From NCBI GenBank assembly GCA_048938105.1, contig JBHLMN010000029.1:1-54756 (forward strand): DNA of 54,756 nt, in the 5' to 3' direction. The notes under the pieces are model-generated. The model saw only the letters and a list, made by a program, of their open reading frames with translations, had not been told where the DNA came from and ran no database searches. Each line of letters starts with the position of its first letter. Position 1 is the stretch's first letter. Made by a program: the position numbers and the translations under genes. This document shows, in pieces, positions 49,502-54,756 of this stretch. Source of the stretch: Promethearchaeota archaeon. GTDB taxonomy: Archaea; Asgardarchaeota; Heimdallarchaeia; Hodarchaeales; Hodarchaeaceae.

Positions 49502-50557
49502 CTAGTAGAATTTCTTTCTACCTTTTTTTACTGAAATTGTAACTATAGTGATACCAAGTAAAAGGAAGAAAATGTTATAGCCACTAGTAATTTCATCATT
49601 ATTAATAGATTGTGCAAGATCTAAAGTCCAAACATAAGCATAGTAATTTCCTGGGGCATCTCGAAGTCCTATTGAAAAAACAGTTTGATCAAGACAAACA
49701 AGTGAATTGGCGAAAAAACCTCCTTTGTAATCGGGGTTGACTGGTATGATATCTTCGTACAGCAACGATTCCCAACTATTCCAAGTGTTTTTAGATACAT
49801 CAAAAATTGAGGTGTGCGTAACATTGGATACAATGATTTGATCGTCTCCCTTAGTTGTTGAACCACACTGGTGATATTCATAATCATTAGCTTTCATATA
49901 CTCCCATTCATCCGTGAGGGGATTGTACCTCTCAACACTTGTTGTTACATTGATAAATCCCCAACCTGTATATCCTCCTATCACATATAAATAGCCTCCA
50001 ATTCCTACCATTTCATGCATCCTTCGACTAGTACCCATTGGACTTACTGTCCACCATGTATCATTCTTAGGATTATATGCTTCAACTTTAGTTATAGCCA
50101 TTGAAGTTCCGCTCAACCAACCACCAGATACATAAAGAATATCATTAACAGCAGCAACGGCAACATCTAGACGATTAGTCGGTGGACGAGTGAAAGTACT
50201 AATGGAATCTTTAGTGATATCATAAATCTTAGACTTCTCACCAGACCATCCATGTATTATATAGATTTTATCTCCAATTAGGGCGCTTCCTCCCCGATAA
50301 GAACGGTAACCCAAACCAGTTTCCTTAATTCTAATCCAATTCCCTCTTTCAGGATCGTATTCTTGGACAGAATATTGACCAACAAAGTAGATCTTGTCAT
50401 TATAGACATAAGCATGTCCAGTTTCATTAATAACTAGCGGTGACCCCTCTACCCACTTCAAACCAGATGTCATAATAAGACATAAGGCCTTTTCTTGAGA
50501 GTAATGAAACGAAAATGTACAAGTAACTATTAGCCATAAAACAAAAAATTTCCTCAT
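49502..50557 (-). CDS. secreted/anchored Kelch-repeat protein
   Basis: LYVSGG...VEAYNPKNDTW, LYVIGG...VERYNPLTDEW; signal peptide and C-terminal TM. Confidence 0.9.
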   Translation of the reverse strand: MRKFFVLWLIVTCTFSFHYSQEKALCLIMTSGLKWVEGSPLVINETGHAYVYNDKIYFVGQYSVQEYDPERGNWIRIKETGLGYRSYRGGSALIGDKIYIIHGWSGEKSKIYDITKDSISTFTRPPTNRLDVAVAAVNDILYVSGGWLSGTSMAITKVEAYNPKNDTWWTVSPMGTSRRMHEMVGIGGYLYVIGGYTGWGFINVTTSVERYNPLTDEWEYMKANDYEYHQCGSTTKGDDQIIVSNVTHTSIFDVSKNTWNSWESLLYEDIIPVNPDYKGGFFANSLVCLDQTVFSIGLRDAPGNYYAYVWTLDLAQSINNDEITSGYNIFFLLLGITIVTISVKKGRKKFY

Positions 50558-50706
50558 TGAGTTTCCCCAAGTTTGATATGTCCTTTTTGTGTTAATAAAG
50601 TATTGGAAGGAGCAATTTTCCTAAATTTAGAATGATTATTTTCCTATCTTTTTGAAGTTGATGGTTCTCATTCTAATATATTCATTCACTTCCTGGAAAT
50701 TAAAAA

Positions 50707-50801
50707 CCAGACATCAGACCGAACGCCCTGTAATTGAAGCTAACGACTCCTGAAGCTACCTGACGATAGGACTACTTAATTTCCACACGGTTAGCCCTTG
50801 T
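50707..50801 (-). repeat. near-complete 23S-trailer repeat
   Basis: cagacatcagaccgaacgccctg...ctgacgataggactacttaatttccacacggttagcccttgt. Confidence 0.95.
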
Positions 50802-51041
50802 ACAGTTAGGCCAGGAGGACTTGGTTTGTTATTTTTTAACACTAATTAAAATATAAAAGGATAACCACGCACGAAATGAAGGGAAATGAAAACAAATGAA
50901 ATTATCCAGAAAAGGCATACAGACCTTAGAAAAAGCCATCCTTCCAGGTTTTGGGGTTTCTCTCTTCAAGCATTTCTGTACCTCGGTTGGCTTTATATAT
51001 TCAAAAAGGACATTCTTTGGACAAAGAAGGTAGAATAAAAA

Positions 51042-52016
51042 ATGCTGACTGAAGAAAAATACTGGGATCAACTAGCACCAACATGGGACAAGAAAATTAC
51101 TTCTAAACGAAATCCTCATTATCATTATTATCATACGATTGATTTGCTAGTCATTCAGCTTCTACAGGAAACCAAGGCAAAGAAAGCTCTAGAAATAGGC
51201 TGTGGTACGGCTGGCTGTGCCATTAATGTTCTCAAAACTCTGAAAAGGGACAATATTCATATAACGGGGATTGATATCTCAAAAAAGATGATAAAGTTTG
51301 GAAGAGAAAAGATCAAGAAGGCGAATCTAGAAGATAAAATTTCACTAGAGGTGGGGAATGCTACTGATCTTCCATTCCAAGATAAAGAATTTGATATGGT
51401 CTTTAGTCGAGGAGGAGTTCTCAGTTATACGACAGAACCTTCAAAACTTCTGCAACAAATAAAGAGAGTCCTTTGTATTGGAGGGGTTATTGGTTTAGAT
51501 GTAATTCCAAAACCTCCAAAAGGCAAAGATTATTACATTGGGAAAATTAGTGACAGTCCTTCTAATAAAGAAGTATTTCAGGTAGAGTCAACAAGTCTTA
51601 TGTATGAAGAATTCTATACAGATGGTTTTGTTCAAGTTGCTCGCAAATACCATGTAAAATCTGACGCAAATCTATACAATGAATTACAGACACTTTTTCA
51701 GAAACTCCCTTCGAGCTTACCAGGAATTCTACAACCTCCTATACATCTAAAAGAAGCCCAATTGATCAGTGATAGAAGTGTTACTCTCTATAGTATTAAT
51801 AAAATACAGGAAAAAATGACTGAAGTAGGATTTCAGATAACTGATGTCTATGGTACTGGATATGCAAATTTAATGAGCAAAAACAGCGAAATATTCGAAT
51901 TTGTTACTGCCAATCGTGATAAATTCAGTCGGATAGAAATAATTCTTCATAAAGTACTCTGTCTTGATTCTGCATCTATGCTTTTCATAACAGGAAAAAA
52001 ATGTGAGAAGTGTTAA
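51042..52016 (+). CDS. class I SAM-dependent methyltransferase
   Basis: ALEIGCGTAG, GIDISKKMI, GNATDLPFQDKEFD, RVLCIGG. Confidence 0.9.
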   Translation: MLTEEKYWDQLAPTWDKKITSKRNPHYHYYHTIDLLVIQLLQETKAKKALEIGCGTAGCAINVLKTLKRDNIHITGIDISKKMIKFGREKIKKANLEDKISLEVGNATDLPFQDKEFDMVFSRGGVLSYTTEPSKLLQQIKRVLCIGGVIGLDVIPKPPKGKDYYIGKISDSPSNKEVFQVESTSLMYEEFYTDGFVQVARKYHVKSDANLYNELQTLFQKLPSSLPGILQPPIHLKEAQLISDRSVTLYSINKIQEKMTEVGFQITDVYGTGYANLMSKNSEIFEFVTANRDKFSRIEIILHKVLCLDSASMLFITGKKCEKC

Positions 52017-52051
52017 GTTCAAGCATAAAAAGAATCTTTGAAAATAATCCT

Positions 52052-52178
52052 CTGAAACGCTAGAAAAAAAGCGTATAGACATCAGACCGAACGCCCTGAC
52101 ATTGAAGATAATTGAGAGTATTGACTCCTGAAGCCAACTGACGATAAATTTTAGGAAAAATCTTAATTTCCACAATTT
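52052..52178 (-). repeat. near-complete 23S-trailer repeat (insertion variant)
   Basis: gcgtatagacatcagaccgaacgccctg...ttgactcctgaagccaactgacgata...ttaatttccacaa. Confidence 0.95.
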
Positions 52179-52196
52179 GTAAAAAAGGAGCTACAA

Positions 52197-52799
52197 TTAA
52201 GTTTGGCCAGTTTTTATAGCTAATACTCTTGCCGCTAAATCCTCAAAGATTTTCGCAATAGTTTCTTTGTCAGTTAGTTTGGTTTCATAATAGAAGAACT
52301 TCAACTCCTCGGCTAAATTCTGTCCCTCTAAGGTTGTTATTTCCTCTGAGTTGGTGATGAAACCAATTAAAAAAATAGGAATAACAACATCTGAGGATTC
52401 ATATTCTTCTACTTCTTCTTCTGGAAATAAGCGAGGATGTCTTCGCATTATCAGCAGTGATTTCGTTTTATTGGGTTTAAGGTGACGTTTAACTTCCATA
52501 TAGAAATCTTTAGCTGCTTTAAAGGAGTTCCTATCGCCCTTATCAAAAGTAATGATAGCAGCAGAAGCACCTTGATAGCTTGGTTGTTCTAAAGCATCTA
52601 CAAGAGCTAGTTTAACCTTATTGTTGTTTACTCTAATCTGTTTAGTTGTAATGTCAATTCCCAGAGTGGGTAAATAGTCTGTTGTAAATTTCTCTCCAGC
52701 AAAAGTGCGAACCATTCTTGTTTTTAACTCTCGAGCTGCCCCCATAATGCAGATTTTCATGAAATATTCATCAGGCATTGTCTTATTCCCACATATCAA
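52197..52799 (-). CDS. Rab-like small GTPase, degenerate, with internal insertion
   Basis: KICIMG, YLPTLGID, YQGASAAIITFD; likely start MPDEY at 52778. Confidence 0.85.
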   Translation of the reverse strand: MICGNKTMPDEYFMKICIMGAARELKTRMVRTFAGEKFTTDYLPTLGIDITTKQIRVNNNKVKLALVDALEQPSYQGASAAIITFDKGDRNSFKAAKDFYMEVKRHLKPNKTKSLLIMRRHPRLFPEEEVEEYESSDVVIPIFLIGFITNSEEITTLEGQNLAEELKFFYYETKLTDKETIAKIFEDLAARVLAIKTGQT

Positions 52800-52884
52800 C
52801 CTTCTCCAAATAATCAGACGATTAATATGTTACAATGTTTTTATATTTTGGGAAATTCAAAGCTAAAGTATTATTTTCCTCCCT

Positions 52885-53022
52885 CCGAAACAACGAAAAT
52901 AGCATACAGACATCAGACCGAGTGGTCGCTACTTGAAGCTAACGACTCCTTAAAGCTAACTGACGAAAGGATTACTCAATTTCCACAATTTTTGAGAAAA
53001 TTAGCCCGTGTGCGATTAGTGG
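52885..53022 (-). repeat. near-complete 23S-trailer repeat with 23S end (D)
   Basis: cagacatcagaccga...gaagctaacgactcc...aatttccacaatt...ttagcccgtgtgcgattagtgg. Confidence 0.95.
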
Positions 53023-53027
53023 GAGGA

Positions 53028-53702
53028 TTACTCATTATTTATTTGTAAGCTATTACCACAATGAATACAATATTTTTGATGAGCTTCATTCTTCGTTCCA
53101 CAATTAGTGCAAAAATGATAGGTAGAAGTAGCTGGGTGAGGAAGTGAATTATGATAAGAGGGTGATATTTGAGATATGTATGGATCAAGAGGAGCTTGTT
53201 GTTGCGATTGTTGATATAAACGCAATCTTTGTTGTTTATAGGTATTAATCAAAAAAATATAGCTATTTTGATTGGAAAAAACAATAATGGTAGAAACTAT
53301 AATCATCAAAGATGAAAAAGCTCCAAGAATAAGGCCTATTTCAAAATTTAATGGAATAGCGAATCCCATTTCTTGTATAGAATACTCATAATAATACTGA
53401 TATTGGAGGTACACTATAAACCATGAAAAAAGTACTGAAAGCGTACTTATTACTAAACACACCTTGGGATTTCCCCCAAGACTCCCATTGAGATTTATTC
53501 CAGCAATTAAGGAGAGTATTGCAGATAAAGCAAGGGGGCCCCAAACTAATAATCCTAAGTCAAATGCATTAAGAGAAATTGTAATTAAGAAAGTAACACT
53601 AAAATAAGGAAAAAGAGCACTTAATCCGATTCCTATCCCTCCAATGATGGCGAGAATACTCGCAGGACGTAATTTTCCTTTTGCATCCATGATATCTATC
53701 AA
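53028..53702 (-). CDS. membrane protein with C-terminal zinc ribbon
   Basis: 4 TMs, FCTNCG...YCIHCG. Confidence 0.75.
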   Translation of the reverse strand: MIDIMDAKGKLRPASILAIIGGIGIGLSALFPYFSVTFLITISLNAFDLGLLVWGPLALSAILSLIAGINLNGSLGGNPKVCLVISTLSVLFSWFIVYLQYQYYYEYSIQEMGFAIPLNFEIGLILGAFSSLMIIVSTIIVFSNQNSYIFLINTYKQQRLRLYQQSQQQAPLDPYISQISPSYHNSLPHPATSTYHFCTNCGTKNEAHQKYCIHCGNSLQINNE

Positions 53703-53842
53703 AATTTTTCCCTCTTACTTCTTACCTCCTATAAAAAAATAGGATTTTGTGGAAGAGGGCCTTTTTCTTCATAAAAAGCTTTGTGTAATTTCACAACCTT
53801 AATAAAAAAGCTCAAACATGTTTCGAAATCTCATCGCATAAA

Positions 53843-53942
53843 ATAGAACCACAACGGACAGACATCAGACCGAACGCCCTGAAATCGAAGCTACTGACTC
53901 CTTAAGCCAACTGACGATAGGTCCGCAAAATTTCCACACGGT
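53843..53942 (-). repeat. master copy: 3' trailer directly downstream of the 23S rRNA gene
   Basis: Contiguous with the 23S 3' end; contains modules A, B and C. Confidence 0.9.

Positions 53943-54756
<814 letters not shown>

Noticed and set aside
6666-53942. CRISPR array (repeats contain ATTGAAA/ATTGAAG-like words)
   Set aside because: Units are ~100+ nt, degenerate, separated by 0.1-8 kb of genes and contiguous with 23S sequence; no cas genes seen
53843-53942. 5S rRNA or tRNA downstream of 23S
   Set aside because: No recognisable 5S motifs (e.g. CCGAAC...GAAGTTAAGC on the rRNA strand) or cloverleaf

Overview
AT-rich archaeal window, most likely Asgard (Heimdallarchaeia/Hodarchaeales-like; inferred from many Rab/Rag-like small-GTPase genes, an archaeal-type 23S rRNA and a PAN-type domain). 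The right end holds the 3' part of a minus-strand 23S rRNA gene interrupted by a 320-nt bulge-helix-bulge (BHB)-type intron in the peptidyl-transferase centre. The other ~51 kb, downstream of the rRNA, is an accessory region punctuated by about 30 co-oriented copies of the ~100-130 nt 23S 3'-end/trailer sequence (14 near-complete plus many partial copies, counted by eye). Two copies extend ~320-330 nt into the 23S gene and stop at nearly the same nucleotide. Between the copies lie 1-8 cargo genes: degenerate Rab/Rag-like GTPases, beta-propeller and beta-helix surface proteins, TA modules (VapBC, AbiE), methyltransferases, an HNH nuclease, class II FBP aldolase, chimeric genes and orphaned gene 3' ends. 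The layout resembles an rRNA-anchored, integron-like gene-accretion array, although no integrase is visible in the window. All calls were made by eye, without database searches.
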